Shown one piece after another: positions 24,576 to 38,035 of a stretch of DNA of 64,000 nt; position 1 is the stretch's first letter; every line of letters begins with the position of its first letter. The translations under genes and the position numbers were made by a program. Source of the stretch: Phoronis australis. Taxonomy: Eukaryota > Animalia > Phoronida. The notes under the pieces are model-generated. The model ran no database searches. It saw only the letters and a program-made list of their open reading frames with translations, and was not told the origin of the DNA. The stretch lies in assembly GCA_002633005.1 (NCBI GenBank), contig NMRA01000668.1, positions 62,001 to 126,000 on the forward strand, in the 5' to 3' direction.

Positions 24576-27500
24576 TTAAGCCAGTGAGTGAGTGCACTTG
24601 ATTGTTAGTTGTAGGTGCGCAAATTCGACAATTAAAGATGCATTTTCACTATATTGAAGAAGAGAAATAATGGAGACCATTTGAAAGATATCAGTGCCTA
24701 TCCACTTAGCCTTAGAATTTCATGAAATAAACGAAGTATTCCAGTTTATTCGAAAAAGAGGAAAACGCACCAAAAACGTTTGAAAAACTATGTAACTCAA
24801 TGAAGTTATGCTCACGGTAACTTCACACGGAAATTTACAAACTTCGTATCAAATGAGCGTCAAAGACAAGGTGCATGGGGCAAAACCTGTTTTAATTTTA
24901 TTGATACGAAGCCGGAATTGAAGTGGGTTTTACTTGGGCATTCGGTAGACGTTTCGTACGTCCAAACTACGTTGGCTTTCAATTATTCGAAGTTGGTGAA
25001 TGTACCAGTGTGCCCAAGTCAAGGAAGGTATGTACCCATAATGAAATGTCACATTCATCTTAAAATATCTATAACTAACAACTTTCAACACATAAAAATA
25101 TATTTTCTAGAAGTAGATTTCAAAGCAAATCTACTCATACCATTCAGAACACTTACTTTTCCTGAAGACACGAGGCAACCTGTTTTTAAAATGTTGTTTT
25201 TAAATGTATGGTGACAGGATAAAAGTCCCTTGAGCATCATTCGTCAAACTTTTGTATTAAAATTTGACGACGATGCTCACCTGGGATTTCTCCATAATTT
25301 AAGTTAATACTTTAATCCCCAAAAAGGCTTTCCTAACGATAATGGGACACTTAATTTTAAACTAAACATAAAACATAATGTAAGCTTCAATACAAACTCA
25401 TCTCACATAGAAATTGTGCCATTGGGAAATTAAAATTATTAAAATCATTGTATTTTTATCGTAACATTTTTTGCAAAAAAGATTTTGTGGCTTTACTGGT
25501 ACAATTTGTGAATGGTATGAATAGATTGCCTCGATTTCTATATACTGTGTTGGATTGATAGTATCTTGTAAATATCTTAATATGAAGTAGACATTTAATG
25601 AGGCTTACACGTATAACCTGAATGCAACCAAACGTGTGTTGAAGAACCCAAATAATGTCATTTTGTCTTACCTGCGTTCTCTTACATTCATATGAAAGCA
25701 ATGGAATCAATTACATGAGAATATTTTGTTTAATATAAAAAATTAAATTAAAAGATACAATCTCCAAAAATAGCTGTTACCTTTTTTAAATTAATGTCTC
25801 GCTTTCGTGTTATGCACACTTTTACTTGTTCATAGAAGTCATAAATGTATTATTTTGGGTAGTCTTGCATGCAAATGTGGAATTCAAAACAGCATTTTTT
25901 AGAACAAAGCATGATGTATAGTATACTAATGTTCCATATGAATCTGCTGTATAACGTCTCTTTTCCGCGATCCTGTATTCATGTGTGGTGTACTTGTTCA
26001 CTCCTGTAAACCCTGAATGCTATGAATTATGGGATTGTTAGTGAATTGTGGGTAGTAGTAAAGATGGATGGAAACCATGTGGATGTGTTCTTTGTTGATC
26101 TGCCTCACGAGTCGATGGTTTTGGAGATATGGTGTTTCGAAGTTAGCCATATTTGTATATTTTCTAGGGTCTTACATAACTTCGAAATTCAACAACGACA
26201 ACTAAACAGCAGCGAAATGCAGCTTTAATTGCTCGTTGTCCATTTGTCCTATGAGGAAACAATATTTATGGGGCCCGTCAAAAGTCCGTCAATGGCCGGA
26301 ACCCTGAATTCAACCATTTCACAAAAATATTGGATTAAATAACAAAAAACAGCACGTGTTACCAAGGGTAAAAGAGTCTACATAGGTCAAAATACTAACG
26401 ATAATAATGATGTTATATAATTTAAAATTGGGTGGCATTATATTCGAATGCGGGACTGATTGGTGCAAGTGCATGTTAAGCACTGACAACAGACATTATA
26501 AGTCAAATCATCCGAACTTCACGTTGTGCTTCCTGTTTTTGCAAAATTTCCCATACAATCTAGTACGTTGGAAATCCGTACATGAAGCCAGGTAATTAAT
26601 TTTACATTAAAACACATGTTACGGTCTTTTTACTTGAAAAGGAAATTATTCTCAAGGACAGTACAATTACCTATTAACCAAAAACACGATATGATCATGT
26701 TTATAATTAATTCATGAATTTTTTTAGGTATACATGCAGCATAGCTAATCATGTTTGAGGATAATGGACCAGAGGTTAAAGGAAAAATGAAATAAACAAT
26801 ATGAATGTTTTGGGAAGATGTGAAAAGCCTTTTGTGTCAAAGTTTCAACGAATTTCATTAAATTTTAAAACTGCTCCTACATATTTCTAAAAAGAAATAT
26901 AGAAAGAGACTGTTACTGTTAGCTAATTTACATATCATAAAAAAGCAAGACCATGTCATGAATTTTTTTTGCAGAAAAATCTGTTTGCTTTTATAACACA
27001 TTTATGGGGAAATTATAGTACTCGATTCGCCCACATTTGAATAGCTTCCAGAATATTTAAGCATGTGAACAGAAAATTCAATGGACTAGTTTCATTTAAC
27101 GAGCTCAACGCAACGCTATAGTGTTGGCACGGAGTAAGTCGTGCATACATGTATGCTGTCTGCTAACATATTTTAAACTCCTTTTCACATTTTATAATAA
27201 GTCAAAGTCGAATTTCATAGTACTGTAATGCCTCATGTCGGCGTAGCTAACAGTTAAATTGCCGAGAAATTGTTAATACTGAATGATCATTGTTTTTGTT
27301 TATAGACTGAACTAACTTAAAATCCGTTCTATAATTTCTTTAACGAAAATGAAGAATGAATTGCATCTTTAAGTACGAATATTAATTATTATTTGTAACT
27401 AGTGCTTTATGTCCAACATGTGACTAGCAAACCGATTTACACTAGTTCGTTTTTCTTGATGCCATTGTAGGTTAATGTTTGTAGTAATATCTTGTGATAT

Positions 27501-29699
27501 TTCAGTCAACTAATAAAAGGCTTTTGATGCGTCACAAATATATTGTGAGCGGGGCTTTTCATTGAGATAAGTAGTTTGGCATTTCACGTTAAGTTTTAAA
27601 GACGCAAGTTCAGTGGATTGGTTATTGCGAAAACAGTAATGATATTAATAAAGAGAGTGAGAACAGTTGCACAAAAAAAATTCGTGTATAATGTGTTTGA
27701 AAAAATACTGAGTAGAAGCTTGGTCTGTAATTTGACAAATCTTCATAGAGATAATTTCTTAATTATTAAAACAACTATTACAACTTTGAATTTTTCCAGG
27801 GAACGCCGTTTGTAAACGATTTCTTAGTGATAATGGATGAGGGTTCGCTAATCGAAGAGAGCATACTAATTTGATGTGTGCGTCGACGTGGGATATAAAA
27901 GTGGATATTGTTTTTATAATTTAATTTTCATAAGTAAGCGTAACTTTTAATTTGCGTTGCACAGATAGATTAATGGGGTCTCTCTTGTAAAATACAAGCT
28001 CAGAAAGGCTAACAATGTAATAATCCTTAATTAGACATTATTTTCGTTTCATTTTGGTTTAGTATCATGATAAGCATTTTAACGAAACTTTTTCAGTCAA
28101 AACCTAAGCTCAACTAATGCCTGTTTAACACAACTCCAAATATTTTCAAACATAATTAAATATGAATGTTTAGTTTAATTTTAATTTTGGTGCAGCACTG
28201 CCTAAAATGGCTATCATAGTTGGCATCATATTCCTCATTCCTTAAGCGTACGCATTCAACTGCTGCACTATATAGTGAAGTTTATCCGGAAACCCAGCTG
28301 AGTATTAGAAACAGAAAAAATAATGAACAGGTAAATACAAACGAAGCAAAAACCCACGAAACGTTGATAAACTGGTGCTATCTTTCGACTGACAGAGATC
28401 ATCCTATATTCTAAATTTGTGAATGTAAAGTAAAGTCTGTAAACACAGAAAATTAGGAAACCGTGTCGTGAATAGCATGATTCAAGTGTCATTGTATTTT
28501 GTAAAAGTAAAAACTACCCATGTTTTATGCAGTGTTCCATGAAATTCGACTTTTAAGCTCAGATAATTATGCAAATAGAATTTGAAACGGAACAACATGT
28601 AGAGAATGGCAAAAGTATATAGACCCTGGTTTTAGCTTTATCAGTCACTTTAGGCCAACAGTGATGTTTCTAGAAAATTCCAAAGTGATTAACATAGAAC
28701 TTCAGTCTCAAATATTATTAGAATGGGTGGTAAAATTCCTGCAAGTTTTGGAATTTGTTTGAATTGGTGAAAAGTTCTGAAACACTGTAAAAACTTTAAA
28801 TGCCCATTCATACAGAATCAGCAGTTACTACATAGTCGACAGCTATAAACACAATAAGTTATTTAATCAACGAACATACACGTAAGAGTTGCAGAACGTG
28901 ACTGGGGAGTTCATTACAAGTCAAAGCTTTGCGGCACTGGCTGGAACATTGGACAAGTTTACGCCGAACGTTTTGTTTAAGTTTACGTGTGAACATGCAG
29001 TCTGGATTGATATAGCGAACAAATCTACAAATCTACCATCGCACCAAAAGCTATTACGGCTGGGCTACATGTTATTGTCTCTTCTTTCTTCTTCAACTGG
29101 TCTTTCACCTTGGCAATTTCCTTGTTAGAAAAACAATGAATATATAATGTGCCAGACAAGAACTGCAGTTAATAGAAAACTACCCTGGTGATACCCTCCC
29201 CCAATAAGCCATACTCTTGCAAAATTGCTTGTCTCATTCTTCTAAAAACATTGAATGTGTTTGTCGTTTATTGGCAAAGTCATAAATCTATCACCAGTAC
29301 CATTTTGCAGCACTATTATGCCCAAATGCGTCCGTTCGGAACTGTGTTTACACGCCAAAGAGACATGGTTTTGGATATAGGCCCATGGGTTAAAACGCGC
29401 ATTTTTCCGGCAATAGAAAACTATTTACCAAATTACCTGAAAATAAGCCAAGAAAATCTATAGAAACAGAAGCAAACGTAATAATTGCCTTCAGAAGGCA
29501 CAGCGGTAAAAATAAGTGTGCCTATATGCGAATTAATGCACATGTATGGCCTATGCAAAGGACTTTACCTGGGTTTCTATGCAAATTTATGAGCTTGCGC
29601 CATTATTTGAGCCACTTTGGTAAAATAGGCCGCCAAAAAGGGCCATATTTCGGATATGGGCCGTCATACCTTAAGACGCGGAAATACTGTAAATATGTA

Positions 29700-30345
29700 C
29701 ACAAAACGTACCGAGAGTGGCTTTGATGAAGTAATATCCCACGAGACATTATTCCACGTATCGACCGAGACCGAATGTATTTATCCCACATGCATCAAAT
29801 TCCTAATATGTTCTTTCATTTCTTCGCATGAATTTTCAAATACTTCTCTCGAAACTGTTCACGTGGCGGATCACATCCTACATGTATATGTATGTACTTG
29901 CGCGTTAGGTTTCAAGTTTTCTCAAGTAAAAGAAAGTTTTAAATGTAACAATTTATTACTTCCAAATAGATTATCAAGATGAAAGCAACGGTAACTGTGC
30001 ATTGAACTTGTAACAACTCTTGAAAGTAGTTAAATAACAACAATATTTCATATTGTAGTTACCGAGGAATCGGCGCCTGAGATGCAGACGACAACTTATT
30101 TAGCAATTGAAAACTGAGACAGAACAGTCATATAATTAACGGTCCTGTTCCTGATGTTACTCACACTGTTGCAGTTGCATTACCTTAAACTATTTTCCGA
30201 AAGTTTGATGATCGAGCCGGCTATCGACGTCGAGTCGACATTGACCTACATGTACCTGTTGAACTTTCCACGTCAGGGGTCACTGTTGAAGTAGTGCGGA
30301 TAACATTATTACATAGCCGTATTCCCTCGACTTATTCAGCGCGTG
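29700..30345 (+). repeat. Dispersed ~650-bp repeat, copy 1 (copy 2 at 60616-61300)
   Basis: Shared cacaaaacgtaccgagagtggc..gaagtaatatcccac, ggaatcggcgcctgag and gacgtcgagtcgacattgacctac. Confidence 0.85.
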
Positions 30346-31999
30346 TCAGGTATCGAGTCTATATAGCTTGAACTATTTTTAAGACGCGAATTTACGCGAA
30401 CGTTCTGCTACTTGTATTACCGGAAAGAGGGTAGGTTGAGCAAACGATCAGAAGAGGCCGTGAGGACTATAATTTATTTTATTTGAAAATGAATAAACTT
30501 CCTCATCCAACAGCAATCGAGTGATGGCAGGATGTGGTGTGCAAATCGAAATCAGCTGACTGGTGAATCAATGCGTTTCTGGTTCTGGCTGTGTTGCAGT
30601 GATGTCCAAATGAACTCGCCAGATTCTAAGATATTACAGAAAAGAATACACTGTACAATGTAACTTGGAAATAAATTAACAAATCTCGTATTATTTTCAT
30701 TAACTATTCACTCTTCCTCAATCAATCTAGCAAAAACGATGACCCATGAACTTTGGAATGATTAAAACATTTTGAATTGTTTTATAAGTTATTTATGTTT
30801 GTAACGTCAACCTCAAAATGAACGTTATGGGTGAAATTGAGCGGACTGGGGGTGCGGTGCCCCCTCGTGGCACGATAAATAGCAAGTACGAAACGTCACC
30901 GTCAGGGCTACTATGAGACTTTGAAAATTGCGGTTGTCACCTACACTCAAGCTTTACTACAACTGCCTCTGAATGTTTGGCCTTTGACAAGAAGTCGTAT
31001 AAAAACTTAAAACCATGAAACCATAAATGCGTCATAATGTCATGAAAGACGACGAATTACACAAAATCAAGAAAACCTTTTAACATTGAGGCATCGTTTT
31101 TGTTTATAGTGCACTCACTAAAAAGATGATAGTATGAGCTTTCTGGCATGTCGGCTCTTCAGAAGCTACAAAGTAAAGAACATGCATTGGACAGCATTAG
31201 CAAAGTTAAACCTTCCCAAGCATCTCTCTGGTGTTGAATGAGTAATGTCCGTCTTAAGGACAAGGTAATGGGACACCTTCGTAATATATTACATCCGCAA
31301 GCGGAAGGTTCCTGTTTTACCAAACGCACTTTTCATAACTAATGACTTGAAACTAGAGGCATTTCAAATTCCTGCGTTCACGAGTCTTTTAAAATTATAA
31401 TAATATGACGCTTGTTCAAGCATCACCTTCATGAGAAAACGTACGTGACATTTTTATTGATTCCATACCTAAAACCGTTGCAAGCTGAAAATTAAGAAAT
31501 GAATTGTTGCTCTCATCACATTTATAAATGCAAATGATTCACAAATTACCATTTTGAAGCCTTGTATAATTAATCCGTAACCAACAGCACAAAGTATGGA
31601 GATCCATTGTACACATTCGGGTCGACACCATATGCTGACTGGCAAAATCACAGCAAATCCAATCAACTGGCAATGGAAAGTATATGTTTATGAGCAATGA
31701 AAAAAACTCCAGTCGATAAAACATTTACTTCGTTTATCGTTTGTATGAAAACTTGGAATTTTTGTAGAATACGAACTGGAAGAGGTGACGACCAAAAATA
31801 ACTCCACTGCATACTTATCCATCATTCACCAAAACATTCTGCTATATTCACGGTATTACTTTAATGAAAACAACATGACACGTGTCATGTACAGAGACCA
31901 CATGTGTATTCATAAACTATGTTAGCTGTATCTTTTGACAACCAACACATCGTTTGAAGATCTGGGATGGTTCACGTGAAACATGTCACGATTAAAAAC

Positions 32000-32275
32000 G
32001 GTAGTTTTATTTATTTTTTAAAGTTTTTTAAGTGTATTTGCATAAACTGATATTAACAATGGTATACAGTAGAAAAGTAAACGAACACAAACACATTCAC
32101 TCTCACATTCACACATTCCAGCTCTGCTTGAATTTATACTGAATGTATAAAGGGGATTCAAAAAATCCCAGCAAGTCAGGGGGTAATTCTCTAGATTTCA
32201 TACTTTTCCATGTCTTGACAATGTCAAATAAAATTGGGCGAAACCTCTGAAGTACAGGAGTACATGAAGGCTTCG

Positions 32276-32323
<48 letters not shown>

Positions 32324-33537
32324 CATAATATATATATCATTAATCGGACTATCTGAAATTTTCATTGCCTTGGCAAGAGCAATGTGCTTGTTCCAATTGC
32401 TAAATTTGTATCTTTCCTTTAAAAACTCCCATGATAATAATTTATTTTCGAAATCTATTAAGTCTTGAACAACAGCAATTCCAGCATTGTAATAGTTGAT
32501 GTAGAACACAGTTTTTCCATTTATCAAATTATTTTTGTTATTTTAAACAACCTGATTTTTAAAACCAATATTCTTATGTAAGTAGTTTGTTATTTGCTCC
32601 CAGGACCATAACATATCAGAGTACAATAGGTTAAAAATTTCTATCAGCAAATTTTTATAGCATAATTAGATTTTAAGATTAAACAACTTCCATATTTTCT
32701 ATAAACATATTTAGGGAATATCTCCTATTCTTTATTTTTCCTTCTAAAAAACGTTTATTCTATTTAATTAACAAGGACTTATACAAAATGTTCACATCTG
32801 GAACAGCTAAGCCCCCTCTTTCGCTACTATTTACAGCAATATCTCTTCTAACCCTTGGGGGTTTATTTTTCCATATGAAACCCTGGACAATATTATTTAT
32901 CTCCCTTCGTTTGTTAGGAGGCATACCTAATGTATTCATAACATAAATTATTTTGGACATAGCAAAAATTTTGATCACCTCAATTCTTACTAGTAAGGAA
33001 ATATTGCGGCTTTTGCTAATATCTAATGTTTTTTTGAAAATTTTTAATTTTGTCATCATAATTACGTGCATTGTTTCTTTCCTTATTGTGTCCAAAATAT
33101 TCGCCCAAACATTTGACTGGCTTTCCAGACCGTTTAAATTTACACAAAATTTTACTGGATTCCTTATCCTTGCCAAGATGGAGGCCTTCACATTCATTTG
33201 GATATAACTTTAATCAGGAGACGTCCCCAAAACTTTGAAGGACGTCTAATAATTTGGAGCCCGATGTCTTGTCTTGAAGAAATATTGTTGTATCATCAGC
33301 ATACTGCAATACCTCTGATTAAATGTTTTTTTCTAATATAATTCGCCATTGTTATAGAGAATGTTAACCCATTTTTTAAAATTGGGGCCAAAATTGAAGG
33401 CATGCAAAACCTTATGAATAAATTTCCATTCAATTGTGTCATACGCTTTTTTGAAGTCTAAAAATAGGATGTGGCCTTGAACTTCATTTAAGTTTGTATA
33501 TGCATTAACATCTTCAATTATTCTTATACTGTAACCN
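32000..33537 (-). mobile_element. L1/Tx1-clade LINE ORF2 remnant (RT and downstream region)
   Basis: ILFLDFKKAYDTIEWKFIHKVLHAFNFGPNFKKWVNILY, QYADDTTIFL, FIWKNKPPRVRR..GGLAVPD and INGKTVFY..AGIAVVQDLID. (AT)n at 32281-32318; the remnant ends at an n. Confidence 0.9.
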
Positions 33538-33538
33538 G

Positions 33539-33790
33539 TAATTACGAGCGTAATTTTACGGCGAAAATTTTCACCATTTAATTTACGAGCGTAATTTTAC
33601 GGCGACACTCCTGCAATTCAAATTACGCTCGTAATTACGAGCGTAATTTTACGGCGACATTCCTGCAATTTAAATTACGCTCGTAATTTTACGGCGACAC
33701 TTTCCCCTCAACGGCCCACCATAGTAATGTACATAATTACGCTCGTATTTTTCCGGCGACACTTTCCCCCCAACGCCCATCATAATTTAC
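33539..33790. repeat. Minisatellite of quasi-palindromic AATTACG(AG/CT)CGTAATT plus TTACGGCGACA units
   Basis: About seven core copies in both orientations. Confidence 0.85.
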
Positions 33791-34439
33791 AGCCACCTGT
33801 AACTATGAGTAAAAACCACCAGCAAAATTCTAAGCCAACATGGGGACTAGTTACCCCTTCCAACTCCAAAATGGAACCTGGGTCATCCTGTCTTCAAAAA
33901 TACCCGAACGCATAGTCTCATTTTTCGATTCATTAATGTGGGCTTACAAGTTTGATTTGGCAGTATGTTGGCCTTAGAATGAATTTCAAACTGAATTTTT
34001 CCCTACCAATGTCCTTCGTATCATCTTGCAAGGTGTCAGAGCTGTTGCGCACCCTTGGCCTTGTGGATCACCTGCTTCATCGCCTGAATTTAAGGTTTGT
34101 GTCTATAAAGAACTTTTCCATCACCAAAACAATTTTTGTCATTTAGACCACGTGTTATTAATAAAACATTTGTCACAAATTATTTAGTTGATAAAAATGA
34201 ATATGAATTCAGGGCTTGAAATGAGTGGCACTTTACTATTACCGGAGACAGTCTCTACAGGTAAACTTATTGTGGCACATCCTTTATATTCACGTGACTT
34301 TGTCGTGAAGACCAGTTGTCATGTGTTTCCAGAACCAACAACAATTTCTTGTCTGAACAAGGAAAAAGGTGAGACCAATCTTCCACCGGTAAGTAACCGA
34401 AATCAAGAGTTAGAGTATGTCAGTGGTAAGTGCAGAAAC

Positions 34440-36589
34440 TAATGGGTTTTGTTCTTAATAAAGCAGGTGATGAAGAGCAGACATTTGTTCAAATTCCAAA
34501 AAGGCGTTGTACAATGCAAGAGAACAACAAGCCCATTACATACCAAATCGAGTCTATACAAGTACAGTGTATCACCAATAAATTCAAAACACCCAATCAC
34601 ATACTGTAAGACATGACTTGCTCAACCTTTAAAACTGTTAATGCCCATACTGCACTGCCTAAGGCTACATGTACACCTCTTTGCAGGTCTCATTCATAGT
34701 ACTTAGTGTTGTACAAACGATAATGACCTGCATTCTGAGACACAGATGTCTCGAACAAAAAAACTGGCATCAAACTGGTTGCCCTCTTCCCTTCAGGATT
34801 TTGTGTAACCCCGCTTCGCGCAAGAAACTTTTGTTCATCTTTTGCTAATTACACTCGGTTTCAGTCACACCATGATTGATACTGCACGTGCTAGACTCCA
34901 CGACTCAAACATCTGTCCATTTTACAACAAGCACTATCAAATTCGATGTGATTACTCAAGTATCGGTTTCTTCAAACTCCATGGGTAATCAGCAGGCTGT
35001 TTGAAAGCAATCCTACAGATTTCTTAAGTAGATTTCACAGAGTTACAAAAGATCCGCCATCGCTTGGTTCCAGCTTAAATACTGGGCAACTTTTCCGGCT
35101 CATGTTGCTGTATTGCACGCATTATGATACTTGACAAAATGACTATGCGGTCCAGCCCAGGTTGTGTTTCCAAGGTTTACTATGTGGTGATTAACTTATC
35201 CTAGTTTGATTCAGTGCTTATAGGGAGATTGGTATATTATATTCACCTAACCTTGTCGAGAGCTTAACGAGTTGTCATATCTTTGCAGAGCCATAAATAA
35301 TTTCTTATCTTCTACCGCTAAGTAACTGAAAAAAATTGGAACATGCCACTGCTAAGTGCAGAAGAGGTTTCTCAGCACCCGCCACGTGGCGACATTCACC
35401 GCTGGTGATGCCCACCACCCGGTGAGCATGGACACACCACGTTGAAAACAATACCCTCGTAGCTGAAAAAACCAACATTTTTGTTGCAGTTTAAACATGA
35501 CCTCAAAATGATTGAGGTTGTTGCCTTCAACGGCATTCTTGTTGATGTCAGCATTGCTGCAAATAACGTTTGTTTATGGAAAAAATGGTGATTCATTTAA
35601 TGACCATTTCAGTGTGCATAGTATTCATCATTACATGCATCGTATCATTAATCATACATGTACTAAACAAATGTGTTTTAGTGCACGTTCACGGAACGCT
35701 AATGTTACTGCTGCTTGAGTGTTTTTGTTTGTTCCTGGTGAAGCGGTGACGATCCTTTAAAATTATGACAAAACAGAAGTCTGAGCAGAACACGGATATC
35801 ATTTATCAATTACTTCTATAGGATACACATTTATGCCAAAGTGAACTTGCCCCTCAAAGTGAGACGTAATGACCAGAAAAGCTGTCAAATCAATTAAATT
35901 TTAGATCCTGCATTATCTGGTCAACACTGACGTCTGGTAACAGCCGACATCTAAGGATGATTCGTGGAAAGCCTCATTAAGATCTTCACCTTGAAAAATG
36001 TAAGCTAAGGGTTTTGTTCTTAATATACCAGACGATGAAGAGCAGTGACGCATGTTCAAATTCCTAAATGGCGTTGTATAATGCAAGAGAACAGCAAGCC
36101 AATTACATACCCAATCGAGAGTATACATGTACCACCAACAAAGTCAAAACACCCAATCACACACTGTAAGATATAACTTGTTCACAGTTTAAAATTGTTA
36201 ATGCTCATACCGTTCTGCTTAAGGCTACATGTACACGACTTTGCACTTAAGGAGGTCCCATTCATGTTACTTGTCTTACTCTTGTACAAACTATAATGAC
36301 CGCTCACAGGATCGAGCATAATGAGACATAGATGTGTCGTATGAAAAAGCAGGCCTCAAACTGACTGCCCTCTTCCCAGCAGGATTCTCTGTGAGCTCGC
36401 TTCGTGCAAGAAACGTTTGGCTATCTCTTCCTGATTACACTCAGTTTCAGTCACAGTATGATTGATACTGCACGTGCTAGACTCCACGACTCGAACATCT
36501 GTCCATTTTACAATGAGCACTATCAAATTCGATGTGCTTACTCATGTATTGGGTTCTTCAAACTCCTTGGGAATTCGGCAGGTTGTTTG
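34440..36589 (+). repeat. Local ~570-bp direct duplication (34440-35003 and 36006-36589)
   Basis: Collinear matches including gggttttgttcttaata..gatgaagagcag and tgattgatactgcacgtgctagactccacgactc. Confidence 0.9.
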
Positions 36590-37457
36590 GACAATACAGG
36601 GAGCAATTTCATCATCAAAGTCGTCAAGAATTGAATTGAATTGAATTATCTAGCTAAAGAATCTTCTTTTCTTCGAATCAGTACATGTACCACTAACGTA
36701 TTATGCTGGGTGACATTCATTTGCTTTGATCGAACGGGTTTTAATCAGGAAAAAGAAAATAAAAGGAAAAAACATGCATTAGATGGAAGTCAACATTCTA
36801 ATGACATGTAAGTATCAGCGTGTATGCATCAAAGGTTCTTATGCGGTTTCAAAGCCCTTTCAAATGCACGTTTCACTTTCCATGTTGTAAAAAACAACTG
36901 GTGCATCAACTTGTAACTTCAGGTTTTAGGCAGGCTGAGAGATAGGCACCACGGAGACAAGTCCGTGGACATTTTTACTTTTATTTCCTTTGATTTTTTA
37001 TATTTAGGAACCGAATCGGATTCCACATGCGCCAATGGCGAAAACAGTGAACAATCTAGCGGTTAATATGTAGATTGTTTATTTCAAATGATGAGCGTGG
37101 TTCGGGACATCGTGATTACCTGTGAACTACCCCTCAACTCGGACGGGAAGCAAAGCATATAATTTGTTTGGGGAAGAAGCTTAGAAACAAAAATATGTCA
37201 ACAATTTTAAAAAACACGTTATTTGAATCACGTCTTTAAACAAAGATCACACTATATACACTGAAAAATGTCAAATTTATAAAACCTACATGTACATGTG
37301 CATTTTAGATACATGTATTAACTGCTGGCGAAAATAGCCCCATTGCCGACACTATTTTGTCTTAAACGCTTGCATTTTGCCATTAAAATTGTTAAAAAAT
37401 TCTCCACTGGTGCACAACTACTATGCGTGATCAACTTGTTACAAAGAATTAAATAGG

Positions 37458-38035
37458 ATGCGTGTTTTTCTTTGGAACTCATTTCCTCGCCGTAACATCA
37501 CCATAGACTGTTTTGAAGTTTTCATTGAGAGATCTAGGTATTTGAAAGCCAGATATACAATTTACTCGAATTACAAGTCACATTATACATTAAATTTTTT
37601 AATAGTATTGCTCCCAAGTGTGTTGTTACCTTTATTTTTAAGGCTGAGGGTGGACGATAGAGTTAAAAATATTTGACAGAAAATTGTGGATTGCTAGATA
37701 CTATTCTGCCAAGTGATGTCGTTCTTTCTGACCGAGGCTTTGACGTTCATGAGTTGGTGGGCATGCGAGGGGGGCGACTTGACGAAGTGGAAAGCAGTTA
37801 ATTATCTGCATTAGAAATAAATTGAGCAGACTCGTTGTACATTGTATCGCTTCAGTAAGCATTCAAGATGAAAAAGGTATTGATGCGGTGAGACTGAAAT
37901 ATACCATGTTGCAGTCTATGATACCGATAACTCTTATGAAGCGTAATAAAGTTACTGGGTTAAGCACTTTGGATAAGGCAGAGAAACTGGCTTGAGCGTT
38001 GATTAACCCTTGTTGACCAATTCTGCCATATGATC
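37458..38035 (+). pseudogene. ISL2EU/Harbinger-type (DDE_Tnp_4-like) transposase remnant
   Basis: IDCFEVFIERS..LKARYTIYSNYKSHYTL, then after a frameshift [45 protein letters not shown]. Confidence 0.85.

Noticed and set aside
24632-27372. TTAA-AGATGCA ... TGCATCT-TTAA as a 2.7-kb Kolobok-like element
   Set aside because: The inverted match is only 7 bp beyond TTAA and there is no internal support.
25600-31840. Scattered minus-strand micro-exon-like AG..GT pairs (near 25610, 25995, 31470, 31820)
   Set aside because: They could not be chained into a coherent frame and are expected by chance in AT-rich DNA.
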